A stretch of 64,000 nucleotides of DNA, taken from the NCBI GenBank assembly GCA_051362555.1, contig CM120648.1:2395721-2459720 (forward strand), given 5' to 3'. The stretch is from Lingula anatina. Lineage: Eukaryota; Animalia; Brachiopoda. Positions 1 to 14,100 of this stretch are shown here, one piece after another. Position 1 is the first letter of the stretch. Every line of letters begins with the position of its first letter. The notes beneath the pieces were generated by a model. It was not told the DNA's origin. It did not search any database and saw nothing but the letters and a program-made list of their open reading frames with translations. The position numbers and the translations under genes were made by a program.

Positions 1-88
1 TAAACTGAGCATCTGTATATAATTGTTCAAAAATTCAAAAATATTTTTTAAATGTTTGGCATTCAAAAATGTTCAATAGTTACCATAC

Positions 89-1059
89 CTGATGATAACG
101 CAGTCCAGGTATTCTGTCAATGTCCCTGACCTGTTTATATAGGTGAAGTCAGGAAACCTTCTCTGGATGATTAAAAGAAAATAGCAAGTTCAGAAGAAAT
201 GTTGTCTTTGAAACATGAAAACAGGTTTTGTAATAGATAAGCTTTCTCTTTCCACATGATTTCAATATGAAAAATTGATTTAGAGTCAAACAAGCATCAA
301 AATATGAAGCACACATGGAGGCTGAAATCACCTCTGCTTACATCATCATTGTATCCCATATGCATTCCACAATCCAGCATGACATTCTTGCCACCAAGGG
401 AAACTATAATACAGCTTCTGCCAACATCTGAAATTATTGTATTTTTATAACTTTTATAAACCAATCTCTCTGAAGAATCCAGAAAAAAAATTAATAACTT
501 TTTTGTGCTATCCTTATAGTGCATGAATAATTACTACTGAATTTTTATTACTTTTAAATGTCTGAATAAATCAGATCAAATCAAACCTCTCTCTTATTCT
601 TTCTTTCTCTCTCCCTCTCTCATGTTGATAACATGGGAGAAGTTCAGTTAACATTAATCAAAGATGCTTGATTTTACGCATTATCAGGATATAAGGAGGG
701 CCTTTAAATGTACTGACTGCCATTCACATTTCTACTTACCCTGCCCGGCTCCTGAAACAAACAAGAAAAGGGAAATATATAATGTATATCATTTTTGTAA
801 AAATGCATTTTAATTTTTGTTTTAAAAAAATCTAAGATAAATTATTCTTTCTGCATAACAGTGTGCAAACATAAGATATGCATAAAAACTTGAATTATTT
901 CGCAAACTAATCTCTGCCGTCATTTGTTTAACTTTTAGTTTCAAAACAACTTGAAACTTTCAAGGTTCAGTCTCATGCTATTATTGCAGATTCCAAACCA
1001 TGTTGTAATAAGTGAATCAATTCACATTTACCCAGTGGGACCACTTTGATTTCAGCCAT
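89..1059 (-). CDS. INTS11: Integrator complex subunit 11 (CPSF3L), first four coding exons: 1059-1032, 751-740, 427-342, 162-89; gene continues off the left edge
   Basis: Spliced translation [67 protein letters not shown] matches the INTS11 metallo-beta-lactamase N-terminus. All introns are GT-AG and the phases are compatible. Confidence 0.95.
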
Positions 1060-1242
1060 GGTTTCAGAAGATATATGATGTAATTCTTTACTATGAAATT
1101 ATAATTATCCAGTGATAAAAACAAGGATAACATCAACTTCACATCTCCTCGTCTCTCGTGTGTACAGTTTTCTAAGGACCGCGGCAAATGATATTTTCTA
1201 CCAATCAAATTTCTGCGATCCATCAGCGTCGAACACACGGAA
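1060..1242. promoter_or_regulatory. Compact bidirectional promoter and 5' UTRs shared by INTS11 and CPTP
   Basis: Only 183 nt lie between the two divergent ATGs (1059 and 1243). The stretch is locally CpG-richer and has a CCAATCA box at 1201. Confidence 0.75.
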
Positions 1243-2762
1243 ATGGCTGAGGCGGAGAAGAAATTTAACTTGGATCTTATGTGTGAGGCGTTTTGTAAAT
1301 GCAAAACCGACGATGGAGAGCTTTTGATGGATGAATACATCAAGGCATACCACCAGCTAATAAAGTAAGTAGATGTGAAGCTTAAAGCGCCATAGTTAAA
1401 GTAGTCGGCATGGGTCGATTTAGTGCCTTCTCTGCTTCCCTAGACAGTGATTCCGACTGGACTGGTGATCAATAAAACCGCTGAGATATGTTAACATACA
1501 CTGTGGTTTCAAAGAATTCGAGCACGACTGCAAAAATGCAAGGCATGGGGAAGACCAGAAAAATACGTTGCAGGCAACAAGGATCTAGCGTTTTCCATGC
1601 TGTCAATGAGGAATGGTTTGCTTACACTTTCATTTTTTAATTATTGGCATATTTTTAAAGAGATGTTTATCGTTTATGGCGAACTTAACCTCTTCATTTG
1701 CATGTGCTTAGAATTTCTCCCAAATGTACATTATTCCTGCTGTCTCATGCAAGTTTCGCTTTCAAAGATATTTTTTTAAAATTAATTTTGCTTTGTTTTT
1801 AATTGCAGCTTTAACAGCCTCCTTGGTACAGTGTTCAATTTCGTAAACTGTGATATCAGAGATAAAGTTCACATACTGGAACATCACCTCAAGTCTGAGC
1901 AGGGTATGTCTTGCAGGGACTGCTGTGATGTTTGCGTCATTGTGTGATGTCAATGCTGAAAGTGTCCTCAGCTATGTTAAAAGAGAGAGTGATGGTGTTA
2001 GCAAATTTCCATGTTATTTTGTTATTTTTATTTATATTTTATATGGTATCATAAGCCTTAATGTTGACATTGAGAATTGCAGCTTAAATGGCAAGAAAAG
2101 TTATAGCCCTTATTTTCACAAAACTTGGTATGCCTTAATGAGTTAAAACACCTGTGGCCTAAATACACAGTGGAACATTTCACAATATACTGATATAGCT
2201 GTAGCATTTAGATACATTATATGATGTGAAAGGCCTTATTTTGCATCTGTTATCTTAATAAATAACTATAAACAGCAGCAAGTGTAGACAAGTGGTCAGT
2301 AATTTGTCGAACATGATCATTTTTTTTTTTTTACTATTCTCAGGTGAAAACTATGCCACAGTTCAGAAAATGATCCTCTACGAAGTCGAAAAAGGAACAA
2401 CAGCAAAAACAAGCAAGGTTGCCTCAGGTTCACGAACATTCCTTCGCCTCCACCGAGCTCTTGAATTCCTGGCAAGTTTTCTGGATAAACTGGTCCAGGC
2501 CCAGGAGGGGGATAAGGTGTCATGGCTGGCAGTGGACGCCTACAGAACAACACTGAGTAAGTTTCATCCTTGGTTGATTAGAAAAGGTGCCGAACTCGCG
2601 ATGCACACCTTGCCCACACAACAACAGCTGATGGAGAAGATAGGAATGAGCGACGTGGAAGTGACGAAAACGACGTTACGAAAGACCATAGTTGCAGCTC
2701 AAGAGGTCTATGCCAGTGCACAGGACTTGTATACCAAGCATAATTTGCTGGACTTGCCTTAA
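1243..2762 (+). CDS. CPTP: Ceramide-1-phosphate transfer protein (GLTP domain); exons 1243-1364, 1809-1903, 2344-2762
   Basis: Translation MAEAEKKFNLDLMCEAF...LLGTVFNFVNCDIRDKV...SGSRTFLRLHRALEFL...FHPWLIRKGA...LPT...LYTKHNLLDLP* has GLTP-fold/CPTP motifs and the typical LLDLP C-terminus. Splice sites are canonical. Confidence 0.92.
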
Positions 2763-4260
2763 GACAGGTGCTTCAGTTAAGTGGATTCTCTTGCATAGAT
2801 GGGTAAAAAGACAGAACTAGAGTGATTCATCATAATACTGATATTGTATGACTTAATGCTGAGCTCACATTCAGATGAAAGTTGGATCGTTTCTAACTTA
2901 CATGAAACACAAGTCATGACCTATATTGTTACTAAATTTGGCTAAAATTGAATTTGTATTCACTTAGTAGAGAAATCCCTATGTTTTTAGCACCTGGATA
3001 AAGTATACCAGTACTTAGTAGGGAAAGCCCTAATCCAATATAGCTTGTTTCATACTGTACTGGTATCTCACAAAGATACCCGGAGGACAAGATCAGGTAT
3101 GTTTAATGTGTAAATTAGTAATTAACTTAATTGACCATGATGACATTATATTTTTTAATGCGATAATGCTGTGGCTTTGTACAGTAGATCTGCTTTAGAT
3201 GAAATGGACCTCTGGATACCTCTACGCCGTCTACGGTAACCATAGAAATACTTGAATAACCATACAAATGTTATGATAATTACTCAGTTGATTTCAACAA
3301 CAATAATTGATACCCCCCACCCTTCCCCATCATAAAAAGTTTGAACAGTAATACTTTAAAGTGATGATTCAGAAGTTTTGACATGCGAGATGGCTTCATG
3401 TCAGTACTGTAAGTACATTTTTGTCTATTTAAGATATTAGGAAAGTGAGACAATCTAATTTTAAGTAGTAGTAGTAATTATCATTACTAGAGGGTAAATC
3501 TTGTTATAACACTTAGTTAAACCTTTCAGTATGGGATCCCGGTGTAATAATCCTGTTTCTGTTTCTGCTTAGAATTTTGGTCAGCTACTGTGCAAGTCAT
3601 ATTTCTCAACGAATTTAAAGGGCTCTTACCTCATATTTCAGGAATTTATGAGAGCCTTAGAACGAATTGGTGATAGTTTGTGTTCTTTCTAGAAACGGTA
3701 GCCCATTTAAGCATTTCAACTTGTAAGAGACAATTTTTTAAAAAGCTCTGAACAGTATTGCAAAGTTGATTATTGACACTTAGTAGTTTAAAAGAAGGCC
3801 CCAATACTTGTACAATTTTTGCCAGTACACGCCGAATGGCATGTAAGGTCAAGCAAAATTGATACTTTGTTTAATGAGTGAGGACCCTCTGGAAAGAGGG
3901 CCAGTATTTTATTATTTTTTTTAACATAACAATGTTAATGCAAGAACTGTTACAGATTTTTTCAAAATTTATTTTAAGGGTAGAAAATGTCAAATTCACT
4001 ATGTAGGGGGTATAAGTGTCTAAGATGACTCAAGACATAGATGTTTGATTTCTTCCATTTACCAAAAAAAAAAAAAAAAATTACTAGTCTGACGACAAAT
4101 GTGCAATTTTTTAAACATTTGAAACCCATATTTTGAATCTCACTCTCATTTTAATTTTATGGGTTTTTGTATTTTTCATGATCAAATGAATCCAATTTTG
4201 ATTGAAATTGTTAAGCGTTGTGGTATATAAAAACAATTGGTGCTTTTGTTATTTTATCCA

Positions 4261-7155
4261 TTTTTATGTACAGACACAGATGTGTCTGTACATATTGCCA
4301 TCACCTGCGTCTGTCGTCGCCGTCGTCGCCGATGCCGATGCCGATGCCGATGCCGATGGCGATGCCGTCGCCGTGCACTTTCACTGTAAACACGATAAGT
4401 GGAACACAGTTTTATTTTTTGGTTTTATATTTACAGAGCTGATGAATATTCATAAAACGCAGGTCAAGTTCGAAAATCAGCATGATCGGGCCATTATTGT
4501 AGAAGTTATGCTGTTTTTTCACTTTTCAGCATATATGCAACCCTGTAAACACATTTTAAGGAAAACCGTTAGGCCTGTTGTCATGAAACTCAGAGAAGTA
4601 ATCAATCTTTTTAAAACGCAGGTCAAGTCCGAAAATGGGCATGATCGGGCCACTATTTTAGTAGTTATGCTGTTTTTTCCTTTTTTCAGCATATGTGCAA
4701 CACTGTAAACACAATTTAAGAAAAACAGATGGGCCAATTGTCATTAAACTCACAGGAGTGGTCAATCTTACTAAAACGCAGGTTGAGTTCGAAAATCAGC
4801 ATAATCGGGCCATTATTTTAGAAGTTATGCTGTTTTTTCACATTTCCTCAGATTCAATTCTTAGGCATGTTAACAGTCTTATTATTTTACTAATAAGATA
4901 CATTAAAGTGTTTGTTTGACATTTCCTGCATCTTTACAACATTGTTAGTAGATTATGTAAAAATGATGGTAAACTTGTTATCGTGTATTGTGTAATAAAG
5001 TGTCAAAAATGGAAATAAACTCATATCATTGCAGTTTGTCAGATTCAATCATTCACTATGTTCAGAATCTCAGAATGGAGGAAATTGGACATTTAACACT
5101 ATTCTATTGATATTTTCCCATCTCATCAATTATCTTAGTTGATGCTATAAAAATGGCAGTAAACTGTTTATTTTGTTTTATGTTAAAAAAAGTGTTAAAA
5201 ATGGAAATAAACCCATGTCAGAACAGTGCTGTCTTGTTTCACATTTCCTCAGATTCAATTCTTAGGCATGTTAACAGTCTTATTATTTAACTAATAAGAC
5301 ATGTAAAAGTGTTTGGTTGACATTTCCTGCATCTTTACAACATTATTAGTTGATTATGTAAAAATGATGGTAAACTTGTTATCTTGTATTGTGTAATAAA
5401 GTTTCAAAAATGGAAACAAACTCATATCATTGCAGTTTGTCAGATTTAATCATTCACTATGTTCAGAATCTCAGAATGGAGGAAATTGGACATTTAACAC
5501 TGTTGTATTGATATTTTTCCCATCTCATCAATTTTCTTAGTTGATCGTATAAAAATGGCAGTAACCTGTTAATTTTGTTTTATGTTTAAAAAATTGTTAA
5601 AAATGGAAAAAAAAAAACATTTCAGAACAGTGCTGTCTTGTTTACATTTTGGCATTTTCAAGTTGTGACTTTGAAGTTCCATGGGCCTGAAGACCTTTGC
5701 TAGTCACATTTTCTGAATATCCATGATACTAATATTTTATTATTAGAAATTGATGGTCATTATGCTGTTAAACATTATGTAATATTGCATCAAAATTTGA
5801 AAAAAATCTATTTTGGGCACTGCTCCCATGATGAGCATTTAAGAAAAACCATGTCACTTACTGTTCTCAAACAGTACAGTAAATATGTACAGATGTGTCT
5901 GTACATATTGCCATCACCTGCGTCTGTCGTCGCCGTCGTCACTGTCGCTGGTGCCGTGCACTTTCATTGTAAACACGATAAGTGGAAGGCAATTTTACTT
6001 TTTGACTGTATATTTACAGAGCTGATGAATATTCATAAAATGCAGATCAAGTTCGAAAATCAGCATGATCGGGCCACTATTTTAGTAGTTATGCTGTTTT
6101 TTCATTTTTCAGCATATATGCAACACTGTAAACACAATATAAGAAAAACAGGCCAATTGTCATTAAACTCACAGGAGTGGTCATTCCTGCTAAAACGCAG
6201 GTTGAGTTAAAAAAAACAGCATAATCGGGCCATTATTTTAAAAAAATGCCGTTTTTTTCACATTTCCTCAGATTCAATTCTTAGGCATGTTAACAGTTTC
6301 ATTATTTAATTAATAAGATACGTAAAAGTGTTTGTTTGGCATTTCCTGCATCTTTACAACATTATTAGTTGATTATGTAAAAATGATGGTAAACTTGTTA
6401 TCATGTATTGTGTAATAAAGTTTCAAAAATGGAAATAAACTCATATCATTGCAGTTTGTCAGATTCAATCATTCACTATGTTCAGAATCTCAGAATGGAA
6501 GAAATTGGACATTTAACACTGCTCTATTGATATTTTCCCCATCTCATCAATTTTCTTAGTTGATCATATAAAAACGGCAGTAAACTGTTAATTTTGTGTT
6601 ATGTTAAAAATTATAAAAAATAAAAAAAAAAAACATTTCAGAACAGTGCTGTCTTGTTTACATTTTGGCATTTTCAAGTTGTGACTTGAAGTTCCATGGG
6701 CCTGAAGACCTTTGCTAGTCACATTTTCTGAATATCCATAATACTAATATTTTATTATTAAAATTGATGGTCATTATGCTGTTAAACATTATGTAATATT
6801 GCATCAAAATTTGAAAAAAAGTATTTTGGGCACTGCTGCCATGAGGACCATTATGGGAAAATCATGTTACTTATGATTGCCTTACTTTCAATAAAAGAAA
6901 TACAGGACTTAAATGCAGCCTGAGTTGGAAAAGCAGTCTAATTGGCTTCTTTTTCTGGAAGTTATACATATACAAAGTGTGAACTTGTTACACATTTTAC
7001 TTACATTGGTATTACCTGTTGAGCATAATTAAAATTTGATGTTGAATTTGCAGTTTAACATAATGTACTTTTGCATCAGAATTGACAGTAGCCTATTTTG
7101 TGCATAGTTATTTCCTGTTTTTTGTCTGTACATTTGACAGCTTTGCTGCCTTGTT
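4261..7155 (+). mobile_element. Composite Helentron-associated interspersed element (HINE/DINE-1-like) with two heads (about 4261 and 5886) and internal tandem duplications
   Basis: Starts in a T-run with the 11-bp hairpin gtacagacaca-ga-tgtgtctgtac, followed by a (GTC/GCC/GAT)n microsatellite and ~160-bp repeated blocks. The 3' end tgtctgtacatttgacagctttgctgccttgtt has a subterminal IR plus a small stem-loop. The same family occurs at 24030 and 43638. Confidence 0.75.
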
Positions 7156-8118
7156 CTTAAATATTACCGTGGCATATTTAAATATTATCTCAGCATAATT
7201 TTGAGCTTGAACAATATTTTATAATGCTGGACATATTGAGCTTTTTCAATTTCTAGTTAGTGTAAAGAACAGATCAAGTTTTCTCTTAATTCTGTGTTCA
7301 CATTTTAAGTCCTTATTCCATGACAAAGTGAATTCCAAGTGTTGTGTGGTTCAATATTAATGTGTATCAAAGGGTAATAAAATTATCATTTTGAAAGATA
7401 ATTGTGGTTGTTGACCAGAAATTTAGGTCAATTTTCAAATTAACTGGCTGGATTTCTTTTCTTTTTATTTGAAAACATGTTTGGTACTATCTCTTCCTGC
7501 TTAATTTCTAACACCCCAAGATTATGTCCGACTTTATCTGCAAATTGATCCTAACAGAAATGTTGAGGTTGAAGTGAAAACCTTTTTTTTCTTTTGTGTT
7601 CAAAGCCAAAGTGCTCAAACCTGACTGGTACCACTATTTATTTTTGAACAAACAAATTTAAAATTAGTCAACATATGTAATCTAATAGAATAAGTTGTTG
7701 CATATCAATATTCTATGAACAGAACTTTAAAAGGAAATCACAATTCAATAACAGTTAAGAGTATGGAAATTCCATAAAACTTTTTGTAATAACTTAAAAT
7801 TTATATGAACTTTGAACTTTGAATGACATCTATATTATATATATTATATATATTATTATATTCACTATAGTGATAAGAAAATCCAAAACACTGAAAATAT
7901 TTTCTTAACAATATATACATCCGAGACTACTTGTACAACTATAATAAAAGTCAACACTAAAAAGGTCTTAATTTAATAACTTACTTTTGGCAAATTAAAA
8001 ATTTTTATAAAGTCAACAAAATATTAAAAATCCACACAGTAAACAATGGCTTTTTACCACTGAAACAACTCAATTCATAAACATATTCACTTCCCATAGT
8101 ACTTTAAAAAATACAGAG

Positions 8119-11100
8119 TTAATCCTCTATTTCAAATGGGTCAGACTCCTCTCCTTCATCGCCCTCGCTCTGACCTTGAGATGTCAAGGTCACAAGTTTA
8201 TCACCGACATCTGACACTTGACCATAGAGGCCCTCAACATGGATATCTGACATCCTCATATCCTCAATCCTGGGGTCAAGGTCATCATTATCTAGGTCAA
8301 GGTCAATACTATACTCATTATCCTGTGTATTTTTACATGATTTATTTTCTTTTTTTGGATTATTTAATACACTTGACTCTTTTGATCCCTCTTGTGAATT
8401 GGTATCTTCAGGCAACTGAGTTGGATTCTCATCAGGGCTGGCAGGTAGCTTTATACACTCTCCATTTGGTTCTTTGTCAAACGCATCAAAGACTGTGGCT
8501 TCTGGTTCAACTTTTACTCTCTGGTCTACTTTCCCATGGTGTTTAGAGCTTTTCTCTTCTGATTCAGACTTGGCAGCAGCATTTGTTGGCCACTTGGCTC
8601 CTGAGGGTGCTACAAACTTGTGTTTCTTTTTCTTCCTTCCCTTCACAATTTTCTCTTCCCTATGTTCTTCTGTTTCTTCAGTGGAGGCCATGGTTGGATT
8701 TGGAACTAGAACAGCATCATTTTCTACCTGTCTTCGAAGAGTAGGTTTCAGGAATGGCCTTTTTGTTTTGTGTGCAATTTTCTTTTTAGTTTTAGTCCAG
8801 GCTTTCTGGTTGGAAGTGTTTAAAGGCACTTCAGTCATGATATTTTTCACAGGTCTAGCTTCAGCATGGGAAGTTTTCTCAAGTGAGGAAGAGTCATCAT
8901 TTTCAACCTTGGATGTGTTTTCCTCAGACATCTTAGTTTTGGCATCACAATCTAAGTCATCACTACTGGTTTCAGTCGCCTCATCTTCCTCTGTCTTCCT
9001 ATATTTATCACTTGCACCAGTTGTTTTGCAGATTTGGCTGTCATCACCATCATCTTGTGTCTCAACCTTCTCCATACATGCCTCAGTTGAGCTTTCCTCC
9101 ATTTCTTCCTCCTGGGAGGCCTCCATGGTGAACACATCAGGGTCAAACTCTGGCTTCTTTGCAGGAACCTTCTTGGAGGAGGCTTTCTTTCCTGAATCCT
9201 TCCTGCTGAATTCTGGAGCAGTTTTCTTGTTTGGAAAGGCGGTGGCAGCTTTGCAAGGTTTGGGAGCCTTGAAAGATGGTTTAACCTTGGTCTCCTTGAC
9301 CTGAGACTTTGCTGTGTCAGCCACTGATCCCAGCTGTGTATTGACGGACTGTTCATTCTTCTTCTTTCTCTTTTTCTGTTGCTTAACTGTTGTTGCAGAA
9401 TCTGCAAAATAACAGTAATAATAGTAACGACACAATTCACAGATACCATAGATTTTGTACTTCAAATTTAAGACTGTGGAGCCTCAAGGAATTCCACTCT
9501 ATTTAAAAAAAGGGGCAATTCTACAAACAAGTTGCAAAACAAATCCACTTAGGGGATGCTGAGTCTGAAAAACATCACAAAGTAAATAAGTTTTAGCTTT
9601 TTGTTTTGAGATTGGATTCTGAATTGCAATCCTGTACATGTGTTGTCATTTCTTGAAGTGTTTTCTTATGGGTGTTTAATTGTAGCGTGATAAAGAGTAG
9701 CTTTATGTGTGTCGTGTTATACATGTATAATGTTGGCTATGCATGCCCAAAATGAAGAGAGCATTTTCTTCATTTAAATCCCACCTTGGTGAGACCTCTT
9801 CCTGTCAGGATTTTTGCTCTTCACACTGCTGGATTTTGATTTCTTCTTTTTCTTTGGTGACACAGGGAATGGTTCGTACTGGTCTGATGATCAAAATAAA
9901 TACATATAACTAGACAGCAAATCTGGCAAATGTACAGACATCAAATAGAAAAAAACTTTCGAGCATTTGCAGAAACAGGGATCAGAATATATACAAAACT
10001 AATGTATTTGCTTGACTTCAATGAAAGGGTTCTGTAATTGGCCCAGTGACAATGTATGTACCTGTGAAGCTCTCTTGACTGCACATCAATTCATCCAGCA
10101 CCTGTTCCACATTGTCTAGTACATCTTGTGCTCCCTCCAACATCTCATCAAACTCCGAGTCCTCCAACCTGGGCACATCACCATGTCGCTTCTTAGAGCT
10201 TTTCCTTTTCATAGTTTCACTAGAATCTATAAGAGATAATATGAATTTAAAAGCTTTTTAGATATTATATCTGAGAATTAGAGTCATTGTTTTTATAAAT
10301 TCAATTTTAATTCTTTACATCACATCGATCCCTAGTGTTAATGGCATTTACAGCCAGAATTGTGCATTTGATTGTTTACTAATTTAACCATTAATTTCCA
10401 ATTCATAATATCCACCTTGTTTTTTCGTTTTATTAAGATTCACTGGTTAAAAAACTTAAAAATATTAACTCAGTATAAATCACTTGTTTCCACCAGTGTG
10501 TAGTAACTTAATTTAAATAAACTTTTAAAATATTTTGATCATGAGTTGATAAAACCACACCTTGACTACAGGTGACAGATTCTGTACCCCAGTGACCAAC
10601 AAACCTCCCAGCAAAGCCGTAGTCGGCCAGCCTCTCCTGTTGATATATAATTATATAATATATTTAATATCAAAATAAGTAAATGAAAAAGGGGATTAAA
10701 GCCTCCTTGTAAATCATGCAATAATATGAATATATTTATCCTGACACATGTTAATGGGATCAATCATACTAATACAATTCACAACTACACACACTACAAA
10801 CACTATGCAGTAAATGACTGGAAGCAGCTATAGGCAACTGCCATCCAGAGCTGATAAAAGACTGTTATGAAATTGAACCTTAAAAAATTCTGAAAAGGAC
10901 AGCGCCAAAGTCACACAGCTCTATATGAAGACCATATATACTAGTATGTTGTACAATGACCACACATCGGGAAGACTTTCATGCCCAGACTTATTACCTT
11001 AATAGACTTCCCCAAAGCCTGAAGTGCCATCTCCTTGGCTCTGTTCACCTCCTTGGTGTAGTCATGACCCTTTATCCTGGGCTGATGGTGAACAATTGAG

Positions 11101-14100
11101 TATCAAAGATATTTATATATGAATGAATTATATTGAAAAATAAATAAATAATATTTAATATTAATAAATTATGGCATGAGTTTGTTATCAATTAATCAGT
11201 AATAATAATAATAAACAATTACGAAATATTAACATTCTAAACCTTGGAAGGTAAGAGAAACAACAGTTTTTTTTTTTTTACTATCAAAATTTTTTTTTAA
11301 GGTTCTATTTCCAGGCAAGTGCACATGTCCAATTTACATGAAGCCATTGTACATGTATTTCACCTACCAGCCCAATTTCTGCCACACCCTCTTTCCCAGT
11401 GAAAGGCAACATTCTGGCAGCTTTTATCCAGGCTCTGGAGACCCTGGTGTCAAAGAATACCACGTGATAGTGGCTCTGGAATTAGAAATAAGTCACCTAT
11501 TACTGTTACAGTATCAGGTTTGTATAAAAGGTTCTATTTTATGCATTTTGACTATGGTAAATCTTAAATTATTATCAAGTGTAACTGAAATCAGGTAAAT
11601 AAAGATGTAAAATCAATTGAATTAATGGATAGAAAAAAATACAGATTTTTAGCTAAAATAAAGTTTCTATGAAATTACTCACTGGCATCACTGAATTCTC
11701 CTCAACCTCGTAGAAATCTTCATAATCTGGGTCCATTTCCACCATTCCTGGCCACCTAAAATATTAATATATTAGTTTTTGAAGTGATTTTGAAATTGAA
11801 AATCAACAATCATAAACTCTTTTAACTTGATCATTCCAGTAATTTCCTAGAGAAATTATGAATACCCAGCTAGAATGGGAGCCCCGGCTGCCCACGGGAG
11901 CCCAGGCTGCCAAAGAGACTGCTAGGGAGACTGCCCTTTTGCAGCCTGGGGCTCCAGTGTGCAGTCTCCTTGAGCAGGCAGACTGCAAAGGGGGCTGCAA
12001 TAACTTAAACATGTTTGCAGGAGACTGCAAAGGGGGCTGCAATAACTTAAATATTTTGCAGGGGACTGCAAAGCCCAGATAGCAAGCATACGTTGGGCCA
12101 ACGTAGGGGAATCGTTGGTTTGTTGGCACATAGTTGGCGTTGGTAGTAATACGTTGGCCCAACGTTGGCCCAACCACATCATAATATGCACAACATAACT
12201 GCAATATGCTCACGTTGGCCCAACGTTGGGCCAACGTATGCATATTTATTGCATACGTTGGCCTAACGTTGGGCCAACGTATCCAAATAACAACTCAATA
12301 GAAATGAATAATGTTTCTGTTATAATAAAAATGTTTCTGTTCACAACTGAGAATCACATGTGCTTATAAATATCTATTGATCAGTAACATACAGTTTTTA
12401 GGATTAAAAAAAATGTATTTTTTTTTTAATGAAGAGTTTGTCAAATTCCTTGGGTTAAAAAAAAACAGTTTTCTGCTTTTATTTGTCTTCCAAGCTATAT
12501 ACTCTCATATATAGTACATAGACTTCACCTGTAAAAAAATAACTGAGTGAACAGATTTATATTTTTAAATAATGCTGTGAAACATATTTATTATTATTGC
12601 TATTATTATTATTGTTATTGAAATCAGAAAAATGATTGAAATCTTATTATAATGTACAATTGCACAATATATAAATTTTAAACTTTATAGTTAGCATCAA
12701 TTGACTTTTGATTAAAGTAAACCAGTAACTTTCACTGGACCAGATTCATTACAAGCCAGGTGTTTATCTTAACTGTCAGTTTGATATAAACAGTTTGCCT
12801 ACTGCCTGCTCAAACAGGTCAAATAACTATGCATAGCACAGTCTTAAGCGCGCTGTCCGTTGAGCCAATTCAAAAATCTAAGCCAGAAGGTCAGAAATGT
12901 TCTAAGGAAGAGGCAAGAATTAAGACTGAAAGCATTGATTTCTGGATATAAAAAGAAGACATCTTTTTGGAAATTAGAAAATGAAGAGATAAAGAGACAG
13001 GATAAGAAGTGAGCATGAAATGGTAAGTGACTTTTTAATTGTGTATTTTCCCATTATTTACTGATGCACCATGGCAGGATCCATACAGCCTTGAAAAGTG
13101 TTCAAATTTAGTCCAGCACTTTGGACTAGTTTAAATGTAACTAGTTTAAATGGCTCTAGTTTAAATGTAACTTTGAAAAGTACTTGAAAATGCTATTAGG
13201 CTTGAAAAAGGTTTGCATTTCAGCATTTTGTCTTTGTAAAAATTTTATTTAAAACTTTGTAGTTTATTGACATGAATACAGACAATAATTCACAGATGGG
13301 GGGTATACCTTAAGTTTTAATACATCATTACTTGTACTTTTATTTTCAACTTTTCATCATCAATGTGTTACAAAGACAAAGTTAAAATGAAATGAGTCCT
13401 TTTTCCTTTGGTATGTACACTTTAAAATAACTGTATTAATGTATAACTTGCCCTCATTAGTTAAAAATCATTGAAAATGATTTGAATTAGAGCCTTAAAA
13501 GTCCTTGGAAACCAATTGTTCTTATGTGTCTGTATGAATCCTGGCCAGTAAATACTGTGATAGAGTTGCTGGAATGATTAAATGATGTGGAATTTAGTGG
13601 TACATTACTGTTGTCTAAAAACTGAATTCATGGTCAAGAGTACACGTAAGAACTAAATAAATCACTATAAATTACTGCACACAAGACACACTTTTATAGT
13701 TAAGATATTGGCTGTTGCCTAACTTACATGTAGAAAAGGTGGGGAGATTATCATATAATACACACCTACTAGTATTAGTTTGTATATGAAAACAGTGATG
13801 GGGGAAGAGGTACAGTCATGTTATGCACCATACCAATTCTAGCATTATATTTCAAGTGTTTTTAATATTTAAATTTGTAGGTGCAGCACACTCTTCTGTG
13901 ACTGGTTAGACAAATATATTGAGGATACATCCAACTAATTGTGCTTTGCCAAAGATCACACAGGTGCCTGCAGGGCAGGAAAGAGAGAAAAACACAAAGA
14001 ATGAACTCATATGACCACTGACTTGATTTTTAAAGAGACAATGTCTGAGATTTTGCCTGAAGGAAGAGACTGTGATTTTATAGACTTGACATATAACTTA

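Noticed and set aside
4202-6210. ORFs of 141-168 aa with ADADAD or PMPMP runs
   Set aside because: They are translations of the HINE microsatellite and repeat blocks, and the frames are not preserved between copies.
8136-9449. Long overlapping ORFs (8474-9304 +, 8136-8546 +, 8952-9449 -)
   Set aside because: These are antisense or alternative-frame shadows of the K/E-rich last ZCWPW1 exon.
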